In this document: positions 8,612 through 16,503 of the stretch, piece by piece
Numbering within the stretch: position 1 is the first letter of the stretch
Layout of the letters: the number at the start of each line of letters is the position of its first letter
NCBI GenBank assembly: GCA_013152815.1
Contig: JAADFO010000042.1
Span: 1 to 32,927 of the forward strand
Origin: Nanobdellati archaeon
GTDB taxonomy: Archaea > Nanobdellota > Nanobdellia > Woesearchaeales > JAADFO01
Length of the DNA stretch: 32,927 nt
Direction: 5' to 3'
Notes under the pieces: generated by a model
Database searches by the model: none
What the model saw: the letters and a program-made list of their open reading frames with translations, nothing else
Told to the model about the DNA's origin: nothing
Program-made: the position numbers and the translations under genes

Positions 8612-10688
8612 CTTTCACACCTCCTTTGATCATGTTCTTGATGTTCTTGTCTGCGATGATCTTCCCCTGGTCATCCACCTCGACACCATAGGTATCCAAC
8701 TCGGCCTCGGTGAACTCATAGGGGCTGAAACGATGTTCACCGGGAATGTAGCCATGGACAGGATCGATGGAGAATGTCGGCGTTATGGTGAAGTAGGGCA
8801 GCTTATAGCCATAGGCGATCTTCTTGACGAGGGATGCTGCGGCCTTCCAGTCAGACACCCGCTCTCCGAGAAAGCCATGGAGCACGGTCCCGCCGGTATA
8901 GAGGCATTGCAGCTCATCCTGATGGTCCAGCGCATCGAAGATATCATCGGTGTGGTCCACAGGCAGCTGAGTCGAGTTGGTATAGTACGGCTTTTCAGGA
9001 CTTCCCGCGGTGATGATGTCAGGGAAGAGCGCCTTGTCCTTCTTGGCGAAGCGATAGGTCGCAGACTCGCAGGGGGTTGCCTCGAGGTTGTAGAGGTTGC
9101 CGGTCTCTTCCTGGAACCGGGTCATCTTCTCCCGGATGTGATGGATCACCTTGAGGGCGAAGGCTCTCCCTTCCTTGGTGTGTATCCCTTTGTCCTTTCC
9201 GAGGAAGTTGAGCATCGATTCGTGCATGCCGTTGATCCCCAGGGTCGAGAAATGCTGCTTATAGGTCCCAAGATAGACCTTGGTGAATGGCATCAGCCCG
9301 TTCTGCAGGTTCTTCTCGACGAGAGCCCGCTTGATCTCAAGAGAATCCTTGGCAAGGTTCAGGAGCCGGTCAAGATACCGGAAATAGTCTGCCTCATCCT
9401 TGGCCATGTATCCTATCCTGGGCAGGTTGATGGTGACGACACCGACAGAGCCGGTCTGGTCGCCTGCACCGAAGAAACCGCCCATCTTGTTGCGGAGTTC
9501 CTTGAGGTCCAGCTGAAGCCTGCAGCACATGGAGCGGACATCGGAGGGCTTGAGCGAGGAGTTGATGAAGTTCTGGAAATAGGGGGTGCCGTATTTTGCT
9601 GTCATCTCAAAGAGCTTTTTCGCGTTCTCGTCTTCCCAGTTGAAATCCCTGGTGATATTGTAGGTGGGGATGGGATAGAAGAACGTCCTGCCGTCGGCAT
9701 CGCCGTCGAGCATCACCTCGATGAATGCCCTGTTGATCATATCCATCTCCTTCTGGCAGTCACCATAGGTGAAGTCCATCTCCTTGCCGCCGACATAGGG
9801 TTTCTCGTCTTTCATGTCATCGGGAACCGTCCAGTCAAAGGTGAAGTTGGTGAAGGGCGCCTGGCAGCTCCATCGGCTCGGAACGTTCAGGGAGAAGATC
9901 AGCATCTGGAGATTCTGCTTGACCTCTTTGTAGTTCAGCTTGTCTGACTTGACGAAGGGAGCGAGCAGGGTATCCACCGAAGAGAAGGCCTGGGCTCCCG
10001 CATGCTCCATCTGGAGCGTGCCCATGAAATTGACCATCTGGATGACCACCACCTCAAGATGTTTCGGTGGCTTCGAGCGTATCTTCTTGGAAGGTCCTCC
10101 AAAGCCCGTGATCAGCAGGTTCTTCAATGACCAGCCTGCACAGTAGCCGACCACTCCATAGCCGAGGTCGTGGATATGCAGCTCACCGTTCTGATGGGCC
10201 TGGGAGATGGTGGACGGATAGACCTGGTTCAGCATATAGTTGGCGATGAGCTTTCCCGCCAGATGGGACATGAGGCCGGAGAAGGAATAGTCGGAGTTGG
10301 AGTTCTCGAATACCCGCCAGTCTGTCTGCCGCAGATATTCGTCCATGGTCTTGTTGACCGAAAGGAAGGTCCCGTGGTCTGCCCGCAGAAGGTCATGCTG
10401 CTTCCGGTAGAGGATATAGGCCTTGGCAGTCTTGACATGGCTGTTCTTGATGAGCACACGTTCCACAAGATCCTGGATATCGTCTATGCTCGGCGGATCC
10501 TTGCGTGAGAAGCTCTTGTTGAGCTCGGCAAGGACCTCATCGGTCAGTTTTTCTGCAGGAGCCCTATCGTCCCCTCCGACAGCCGTGGCTGCCGCAAAGA
10601 TGGCATCTTCAATCTTTTTTCTTTCGAAGGGAGCCAGTCTCCCGTCCCTTTTCTTGACGACACTGATGGTAGCTTTCGATTGGTTCAT
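8589..10688 (-). CDS. nrdD: Class III (anaerobic) ribonucleoside-triphosphate reductase, ATP-cone plus catalytic barrel, lacking the glycyl-radical loop
   Basis: ATP cone VVKKRDGRLAPFERKKI; HIHDL, YCAGW, AGAQAF, RSMCCRL finger loop, EATPCES, YYTNST, YTGGTVLH. ATG at 10688 has an AAGGTG SD (alternative GTG at 10694). Confidence 0.93.
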   Translation of the reverse strand: MNQSKATISVVKKRDGRLAPFERKKIEDAIFAAATAVGGDDRAPAEKLTDEVLAELNKSFSRKDPPSIDDIQDLVERVLIKNSHVKTAKAYILYRKQHDLLRADHGTFLSVNKTMDEYLRQTDWRVFENSNSDYSFSGLMSHLAGKLIANYMLNQVYPSTISQAHQNGELHIHDLGYGVVGYCAGWSLKNLLITGFGGPSKKIRSKPPKHLEVVVIQMVNFMGTLQMEHAGAQAFSSVDTLLAPFVKSDKLNYKEVKQNLQMLIFSLNVPSRWSCQAPFTNFTFDWTVPDDMKDEKPYVGGKEMDFTYGDCQKEMDMINRAFIEVMLDGDADGRTFFYPIPTYNITRDFNWEDENAKKLFEMTAKYGTPYFQNFINSSLKPSDVRSMCCRLQLDLKELRNKMGGFFGAGDQTGSVGVVTINLPRIGYMAKDEADYFRYLDRLLNLAKDSLEIKRALVEKNLQNGLMPFTKVYLGTYKQHFSTLGINGMHESMLNFLGKDKGIHTKEGRAFALKVIHHIREKMTRFQEETGNLYNLEATPCESATYRFAKKDKALFPDIITAGSPEKPYYTNSTQLPVDHTDDIFDALDHQDELQCLYTGGTVLHGFLGERVSDWKAAASLVKKIAYGYKLPYFTITPTFSIDPVHGYIPGEHRFSPYEFTEAELDTYGVEVDDQGKIIADKNIKNMIKGGVKDDKKGAV

Positions 10689-10734
10689 GGACACACCTTG
10701 GTTCGGCTATAGACCATACGCTTCTTTGCTATGG

Positions 10735-10783
10735 ACACAACATATTGTGTCTCTATTTAAAATCAGCACACAACATGCTGTGG
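10735..10783. promoter_or_regulatory. Two NrdR-box-like operators flanking the putative nrdD TATA box
   Basis: ACACAACATATTGTGT (10735-10750) and ACACAACATGCTGTGG (10768-10783) resemble the NrdR consensus acaCwAtATaTwGtgt. They are 33 bp apart, with TTTAAATA (minus strand) between them. Confidence 0.7.
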
Positions 10784-10877
10784 TATAACAGATGAAGAAG
10801 TATTTATAGATTTCGGTCCGGGAGCATATAGGACAGGCATGAAAAAGAAGAATCTGCCAGAATCTGCCCGTGAAAAA

Positions 10878-10950
10878 AGCCCTCGGTGGGAGTCGAACCC
10901 ACGACCTGCAGATTACAAGTCTGCCGCAATAGCCACTATGCTACGAGGGC
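10878..10950 (-). tRNA. tRNA-Thr(UGU), intronless, no encoded CCA
   Basis: GCCCTCG acceptor pairs with CGAGGGC; anticodon arm GCAGA-CTTGTAA-TCTGC; T arm GTGGG-TTCGACT-CCCAC; discriminator U followed by a T-run. Confidence 0.95.
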
Positions 10951-11185
10951 ATGCCCCTGTGGAAGGCATGTCCCGAGAAGGGCATACCAGGAGGACAGGA
11001 AGGCAAAAACGCCTTAGGGTTTATATGTCTTATAGTTTATATTTTTTATAGTTTCTGCAGAAGTCCTTCCCGCAGACACGGCAGTCTTTGAAGGCATCGC
11101 CCTGGTTCTCCCCGACAAGCAGAAAGGGACAGACGAGGGGGATGCGGCGAAGAGGGAAAGACAGAGGAGAGACAGAGGAGGGACC

Positions 11186-11770
11186 CTAGGGTCCCACAGG
11201 ATGTTCCTCCCGGACCCCCAGCTTCGGATGGAACGGCCTGCCGTGATGCATGAAATGATGGGTGTCGAAGAAGGTCTTGATGTCTGTCTGGAGATGCTGG
11301 GATATGTGATGCAGTTCGGCCTTCCGCTTCTCGAAATCCTGGTATTGGATCCTTGTGTGGAAGACATGATAGAAATGCTTCAGCAGAGGATGGTTCTTCC
11401 ATTGGTTGGTCCAGTCGGTCTCGAGGATCGCGGTGATGATGACCTGATGGTCGCCGTTGTACATCTTCTCCTTGCGGTTGTTGATGACCATCTCCTGCTC
11501 TTTCATCCGGAAGGAATGGAAGCTCAGGCGTATGAGATAGCGGTAGAAACGATTGCCCTGCGGCGCCCAATGGAAGCGCCACCATATCCATATCTCCTGA
11601 CCAGAGGGCTGGGATTTGGCATGGGAATAGTATATCTCAGGGAAGGCCGACCCTTCAGGAGAACTTATCCATTCCTGCTCGACGAACCAATCATGGATCA
11701 TCTTGACGAAAGCGATGAGGTTGACCGGTCCGGCATATTTGATATTATGGTTCCCTATGAAGTAGGTCAT
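11186..11770 (-). CDS. Hypothetical protein (194 aa, Trp/His-rich)
   Basis: Protein-like composition; TATATAAA about 25 nt upstream; pyrimidine-rich tract downstream. Confidence 0.7.
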   Translation of the reverse strand: MTYFIGNHNIKYAGPVNLIAFVKMIHDWFVEQEWISSPEGSAFPEIYYSHAKSQPSGQEIWIWWRFHWAPQGNRFYRYLIRLSFHSFRMKEQEMVINNRKEKMYNGDHQVIITAILETDWTNQWKNHPLLKHFYHVFHTRIQYQDFEKRKAELHHISQHLQTDIKTFFDTHHFMHHGRPFHPKLGVREEHPVGP

Positions 11771-11893
11771 GATAGGAAATCTGCGTTCTTGTTTATATAT
11801 ACTTTTCTATGGGAAGACCGGGAGAACAGGACAAGGCAGGAACAGGAGGTGCCAACGGAAACCATTTAAAGCCGGAAAGTATCTCTTCGGCCC

Positions 11894-13093
11894 ATGCTCA
11901 TCGGAGTCGTCGGCAAGCCGAACTGCGGAAAATCGACCTTCTTCAAGGCCATGACCCTTGCAGACATAGAGATCGCCAACTATCCCTTCGCGACCATCAA
12001 GCCGAACCACGGCATGGGCTATGTCAAGGTGAAGGATGCAGGTCCGGATTTCGGCGTCACCTCCAATCCAAGGGAAGGCTTCATCTCAGGAAGTTATCGT
12101 TTTGTTCCTGTGGAACTGATCGATGTTGCCGGGCTTGTTCCGGGCGCCTCTGAAGGGAAAGGCATGGGAAACCAGTTCCTTGACGACCTTCGTCAGGCAG
12201 ATGTGCTCATCCATGTCATCGATATCGCGGGGACGACAAACGAGAAAGGAGAGAGCGTCGAACCCCTCAGCCATGACCCTGCAGACGACATCCGGTTCCT
12301 TGAGGTTGAACTGGACATGTGGTATCTGGGGATACTGAAGAAGACATGGGACCGGTTCGCGAGGCAGATGCAGCAGGAACACGGAGAGCTGTATAAGGCG
12401 ATTGCCAAGCAGTTCTCAGGCCTCGGTGTCAAGGAAGAGATGGTCTCCTCCATCCTGAACAAGCTTTCTCTGGATCCCGCACGGCCGGTCGAATGGAGCG
12501 AAGAACAGGTAAAGTCGCTTGCTGTGGAACTCCGGAGAGCGACAAAACCCATGATCATCGCTGCCAACAAGATAGATATCCCCGGCGCAGAAAAGAATCT
12601 TGAACGCATCAGGAAGGATTTCCCTGATCACCCCATCGTCGGCTGCTCTGCCGAATCCGAGCTTGCGCTCCGGGAAGCAGCAAAGCACGGACTCATCGAT
12701 TACACCCCCGGCGAAGCCTCGTTCACCATCAAGGAGGAAGCGAAGCTCAGCGACAAACAGAGAAAGGCATTGACCTACATCCAGGAACAGGTGCTCAAGA
12801 AGCATGGCTCTTCCGGCGTGCAGCGGGTGGTCGACCACGCGGTCTTCGACCTGCTCGGATACATCGCGATCTTTCCTGGAGGGGTGGGAAAATTGCAGGA
12901 CCAGGACGGCAACTACATCCCCGACTGTTTTCTCCTGCCGCCCGGGACGACGGCGCTGGACTTTGCCTACAGGCTGCATACGGACTTCGGCAAGAATTTC
13001 ATCAAGGCCATCGATGTGAGGACCAAGCTGCCGGTCGGAAAGGACCATCCCCTCAAGAGCGGAGACGTCATCGAGATCATGTCGAACAAGTGA
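11894..13093 (+). CDS. ychF: Archaeal YchF/Obg-family translation-associated GTPase with TGS domain
   Basis: GKPNCGKST, ANYPFATIKPN, DVAGLVPGA, GNQFLDDLR, NKID, C-terminal TGS (ALDFAYRLHTD...LKSGDVIEI). Confidence 0.92.
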   Translation: MLIGVVGKPNCGKSTFFKAMTLADIEIANYPFATIKPNHGMGYVKVKDAGPDFGVTSNPREGFISGSYRFVPVELIDVAGLVPGASEGKGMGNQFLDDLRQADVLIHVIDIAGTTNEKGESVEPLSHDPADDIRFLEVELDMWYLGILKKTWDRFARQMQQEHGELYKAIAKQFSGLGVKEEMVSSILNKLSLDPARPVEWSEEQVKSLAVELRRATKPMIIAANKIDIPGAEKNLERIRKDFPDHPIVGCSAESELALREAAKHGLIDYTPGEASFTIKEEAKLSDKQRKALTYIQEQVLKKHGSSGVQRVVDHAVFDLLGYIAIFPGGVGKLQDQDGNYIPDCFLLPPGTTALDFAYRLHTDFGKNFIKAIDVRTKLPVGKDHPLKSGDVIEIMSNK

Positions 13094-13877
13094 GATTACT
13101 TAGAATACTTGATTTCTTGGCTAACGATGCTTCTTTTCTCCTGGCTATCTTGATGTAACTTGGTTCATTCCTTTTGTCTATAAACTGATCAACCCAAATA
13201 GATGTGGCTCCTGCTTGATTGGCTGTTGTTATCTCTGCAGAGAGCCTATCACCAATCCATGCAATTTTTGCAGGATCGTCGAGTTTCTCCAATGCCATAA
13301 TAAGATCGTTTAACTGTGGATTGGGCTTGGGTAGCTCGTTTCGCTTTTGCAAATTAAGAGGTGTTGTGTATTTTTTAATTTCTTCAGAGAATTCTACGGG
13401 TTCTTGGTAAAGTATATGCTGATCTCCGTTCTTCCAGATCCAAAGGATGTCCTGATTCTCAAAAAGCATTCTGTTGATGGGTTGATCGCTTTCATCCGTT
13501 TGATACATCTTAAGGACCGGGACATCTGGGAACATGGTGCTAAGCTCCCTATATCGTCGTTCTCCTGAATTGGAGACAATATACACCCTAAAATTCTGCT
13601 TATGATCGTTAAAGGTATCAATGAATGCTTCATGGACTTCTTTTTGGCGAAAGCCCATGAGTGTCTCATCGACGTCATCTGCCAGAACTTGTATACCTAT
13701 GCCTTTCAAGAAGTCTGTTGAAGCATCGTTATAGTCATGGAATCGATAATCGGGAATGATGTTTTCTTCGGCATAATGGATGTTTTTCTTTTCGAGAAAT
13801 TTTGCTGCATTGATAAGTGGATCTTGACCGGATCTCTTCATCAGTGCGATCAATACTTTGTCGACAAGAGATGGCAT
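13077..13877 (-). CDS. HAD-superfamily phosphatase, YqeG-like (subfamily IIIA)
   Basis: DVDETL (motif I), IVSNS (II), KPNP (III), WIGDRLSAEITTANQAG (IV); more AT-rich than flanks. Confidence 0.75.
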   Translation of the reverse strand: MPSLVDKVLIALMKRSGQDPLINAAKFLEKKNIHYAEENIIPDYRFHDYNDASTDFLKGIGIQVLADDVDETLMGFRQKEVHEAFIDTFNDHKQNFRVYIVSNSGERRYRELSTMFPDVPVLKMYQTDESDQPINRMLFENQDILWIWKNGDQHILYQEPVEFSEEIKKYTTPLNLQKRNELPKPNPQLNDLIMALEKLDDPAKIAWIGDRLSAEITTANQAGATSIWVDQFIDKRNEPSYIKIARRKEASLAKKSSILSNLTCST

Positions 13878-13962
13878 GACTGGAGTTAATTAACGTTCAT
13901 TTAAAAATCTGAGCATTGATGCATATCATGTCTCATGTAGAATAATTAAAGCGAAGAATGTA

Positions 13963-14715
13963 TCACTTCGTTAATTTTGGCAACGATTTGGAAGGATTTG
14001 CAGCCAGAAGATACAGCTGAAGGGCAGTATGCAACAGAACTTCCCTATCCATTTCAGGAGTCATACCGATGCCCCTGAACGGCAATGTTGCTTTTGGCGA
14101 CACATAACCGTCCTCTTCTGCTATCGCTTCCAGTCGTATGCTGTATTGAGGCGACATTGATCGGTTATGGATATCGATGTTTTTTTTGAGAAGAGCATAT
14201 TCTTCAGGGGAAAGAGGCGTCTTGAGATCCAGGACCATCTTGCCCGTGCCGGGTCCTCGCAATGAATAACCAACCTTGAGGTCATCTCGTTCCGGCGTTG
14301 TCGTATGGTACAGCTCATCAGAGAAAAGGGATACCGTTGCATCGATGGGATGCTCTTGCAAGGTAACGATGTCCTTAAAATCTGCATGCTCAATGGTCGC
14401 CTGGACAAGATAATGCACGCCAGGAAGCTCATTCAGGGTTAGTCCTTTGGGAAGTGTTTTTATTTCCTGCTGATGCCCGGGGGAATAGCTCATGTAATCT
14501 TCAGGATCCGTCGATCCTAGTTTGTGGGCGCCTGTTGGAAGAAGCACCGATATGAGCAGATTATAATTGTTGAGCTCGCTCGCATACGGAAAGAACAATT
14601 TTGCCTTTGCATCCATCTGTTTTTTGATGTTTTGAACAGGAGATATTGCGCGGTCATAGTACTGTGCGAATTCTTCAGCTGGCGCATTTCCCCTTTGTTG
14701 CAGGATGTGAAACAT
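13963..14715 (-). CDS. Hypothetical protein (250 aa)
   Basis: Long ORF filling the interval; no motif recognised. Confidence 0.65.
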   Translation of the reverse strand: MFHILQQRGNAPAEEFAQYYDRAISPVQNIKKQMDAKAKLFFPYASELNNYNLLISVLLPTGAHKLGSTDPEDYMSYSPGHQQEIKTLPKGLTLNELPGVHYLVQATIEHADFKDIVTLQEHPIDATVSLFSDELYHTTTPERDDLKVGYSLRGPGTGKMVLDLKTPLSPEEYALLKKNIDIHNRSMSPQYSIRLEAIAEEDGYVSPKATLPFRGIGMTPEMDREVLLHTALQLYLLAANPSKSLPKLTK

Positions 14716-14777
14716 AAAAGCAGGATAAACTACTGCTTTTTATAGACATTGCATTTTAAGAATATGCGCCAGAATAG

Positions 14778-15158
14778 CTATTTCTCTTCCTTGAGTTTCT
14801 TGAACGTCTCAGGAAGGTCGATGACATACTTGCCTTCGGCAAGCTTGTAGATGACCGGCCGCTTCCTGAAGAGATTGACGAGGTCCAGCTCATATTTGCC
14901 GGGCTTGAGGATCCGGATGCTCTCCAGGTCCAGGACCACCGGTTCATCCGTCTTATGATCCAGGCCGACAATGTCAAAGACGTCCTTCTCTATCTGCGTC
15001 TTCTCGGCCTTGGTGAGCTGGGTGGTTATCTTCTTGGACTCTTCCACCCGGTCCTTGCGCACATAGAAGAACAGTTTGGAGCCGCAGCTGCATCCGCTGA
15101 GTATCTCCTCTGCCCCGTCGGGATAGAGCGTAGAACAACGGACACAACGATGGGGCAT
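14778..15158 (-). CDS. oapC: OapC/ArvC Zn-ribbon protein (DUF2072)
   Basis: MPHRCVRC...GCSCGSKLFFY, ESIRILKPGKYELDLVNLF, EGKYVIDL; third gene of the cluster. Confidence 0.85.
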   Translation of the reverse strand: MPHRCVRCSTLYPDGAEEILSGCSCGSKLFFYVRKDRVEESKKITTQLTKAEKTQIEKDVFDIVGLDHKTDEPVVLDLESIRILKPGKYELDLVNLFRKRPVIYKLAEGKYVIDLPETFKKLKEEK

Positions 15159-15159
15159 G

Positions 15160-15555
15160 TCACTTCCTCCTCCGCCTTGTCTTCTTCTTGGTCTCTTCGA
15201 TGAAGAGCTGTATCTTGTCAGGATCGCGCTTGATGTCCTTGACGAGCTGGGCGGGTCCGATGATGGTCATGCCTATCCTGTCCCCCAGGAGCAGGTTTGC
15301 CATGCCTTTCTTGAACCGGTCGACCAGGGCGCCGTCATCCTTGTCAGGATTCATCACCGAGAGCTCGATGCCCTTGAACCGGTTGTCGATCTTTTCCATG
15401 GTGATCTCGATGAGGTCCTTCTCCTCTTCCTTCCGGAGACGGCCCTCCATGAGGATGATGTTTCCCGCCATGACCAGGTCCAGGAGCTTGTTGATCCTCT
15501 TCGCCGAAGAGAGGTGATCGATATCAGCATAGGGTATATATTGGAAGGTCAACAT
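15160..15555 (-). CDS. oapB: OapB/ArvB (DUF2073)
   Basis: IILMEGRLRKEEEKDLIEITMEKIDNRFKGIE, GMTIIGPA; lies between the GTPase and the Zn-ribbon gene. Confidence 0.85.
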   Translation of the reverse strand: MLTFQYIPYADIDHLSSAKRINKLLDLVMAGNIILMEGRLRKEEEKDLIEITMEKIDNRFKGIELSVMNPDKDDGALVDRFKKGMANLLLGDRIGMTIIGPAQLVKDIKRDPDKIQLFIEETKKKTRRRRK

Positions 15556-15557
15556 GG

Positions 15558-16190
15558 CTATGCAGCCTCCTCGAGAAGCACATCATAGAACGCATCGATG
15601 TTCGTCCCCTTGGTCGCGGAGATGCCGACTATGGTGTATTGAGGGAACGCGGCCTCGATCTTCTTGAGCTTGGCCTTCTTGAGGTCCAGCTTGTTCCCGA
15701 CGATGATGACCGGGATGTTCCTAGCCTGGAGGTTCCCGATGATGGTCAGGTTGACCTGAGAGAAGGGGTCCTGGGTCGCGTCGAGGACGATGATGACATA
15801 GTCCATGTCGTCCAGCCACTTGATGGAGTCGATGACGCCCTTGGTGGCCTCCTTGGCACGCTTCTTGGCCTCCTTGTCTTTCAGCCCTGCCTTGATGAAG
15901 TCCTCGTAGTCGATCTTGGTAGCGATGCCGGGTGTATCGACCAGGTTGAAGGAGAGCTCCTTGTCGGCTCGCTTGATGTTGACCTGCTCCTTGATCTGGA
16001 TCTCCCGGGTCTCATGGGCGATGCTCGATGCTTTCCCCATCTCTTCCCCGAGCCAGTCCTTGCATATCCTGTTGGCAAGGGTGGTCTTCCCTGCGTTGGG
16101 AGGACCATAGAGCCCTATCTTGACGTGCTTCTTCTTCCTGAAGAGATTCCTGAAAAAACGGTTCAGGAATCGTTGGAACAGCTTCATCAT
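15558..16190 (-). CDS. oapA: OapA/ArvA small Era/Ras-like GTPase with N-terminal amphipathic helix
   Basis: IGLYGPPNAGKTTLANRI, HETR, DTPG, EATKGV, DPFSQVN, NKLD, ISA. Confidence 0.88.
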   Translation of the reverse strand: MMKLFQRFLNRFFRNLFRKKKHVKIGLYGPPNAGKTTLANRICKDWLGEEMGKASSIAHETREIQIKEQVNIKRADKELSFNLVDTPGIATKIDYEDFIKAGLKDKEAKKRAKEATKGVIDSIKWLDDMDYVIIVLDATQDPFSQVNLTIIGNLQARNIPVIIVGNKLDLKKAKLKKIEAAFPQYTIVGISATKGTNIDAFYDVLLEEAA

Positions 16191-16339
16191 AGGGCAACCA
16201 CTGGCTAAAACTTGGATGCGCCTAGTATTTAAAGTTTACCTTAAAGTGTACCATCAGCCCCGGCATTTCGGCTCACTGCAAGGTTACGAAACGCCGACCA
16301 AAAACTATATGAACCCTTTTTTCCAGAAGACGGTAACGG

Positions 16340-16447
16340 ATGAACATCAGGGACCTAGCAGCGTTGACAGGGAAGACAGTGACCGAGGTCGAACAGATGC
16401 TCAAAGAAGATGATGTCATCAGAATCAATCTCAACAAGATAAGATAA
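16340..16447 (+). CDS. Small 35-aa protein, HTH-like
   Basis: Below the ORF-track cutoff. MNIRDLAALTGKTVTEVEQMLKEDDVIRINLNKIR*; AAAAACTATATG (BRE/TATA-like) about 30 nt upstream; pyrimidine-rich tract downstream. Confidence 0.6.
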   Translation: MNIRDLAALTGKTVTEVEQMLKEDDVIRINLNKIR

Positions 16448-16503
16448 AGAGGTGAGAGAAGACAAGGTCCCCTGTTCATCCGTCTCTTCTCACTCAGTTC
16501 TTC

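Noticed and set aside
8733..9947. 404-aa + strand ORF and the many other long antisense ORFs in the track
   Set aside because: Shadow ORFs of GC3-rich genes on the opposite strand; no motifs.
10878..11050. tRNA-Thr as a possible integration site
   Set aside because: No duplicated tRNA 3' end and no integrase in the window.
16190..16340. Possible oriC with canonical ORBs beside oapA
   Set aside because: No TCCAxTGGAAA plus G-string ORB, no long AT-rich unwinding element, and no cdc6.
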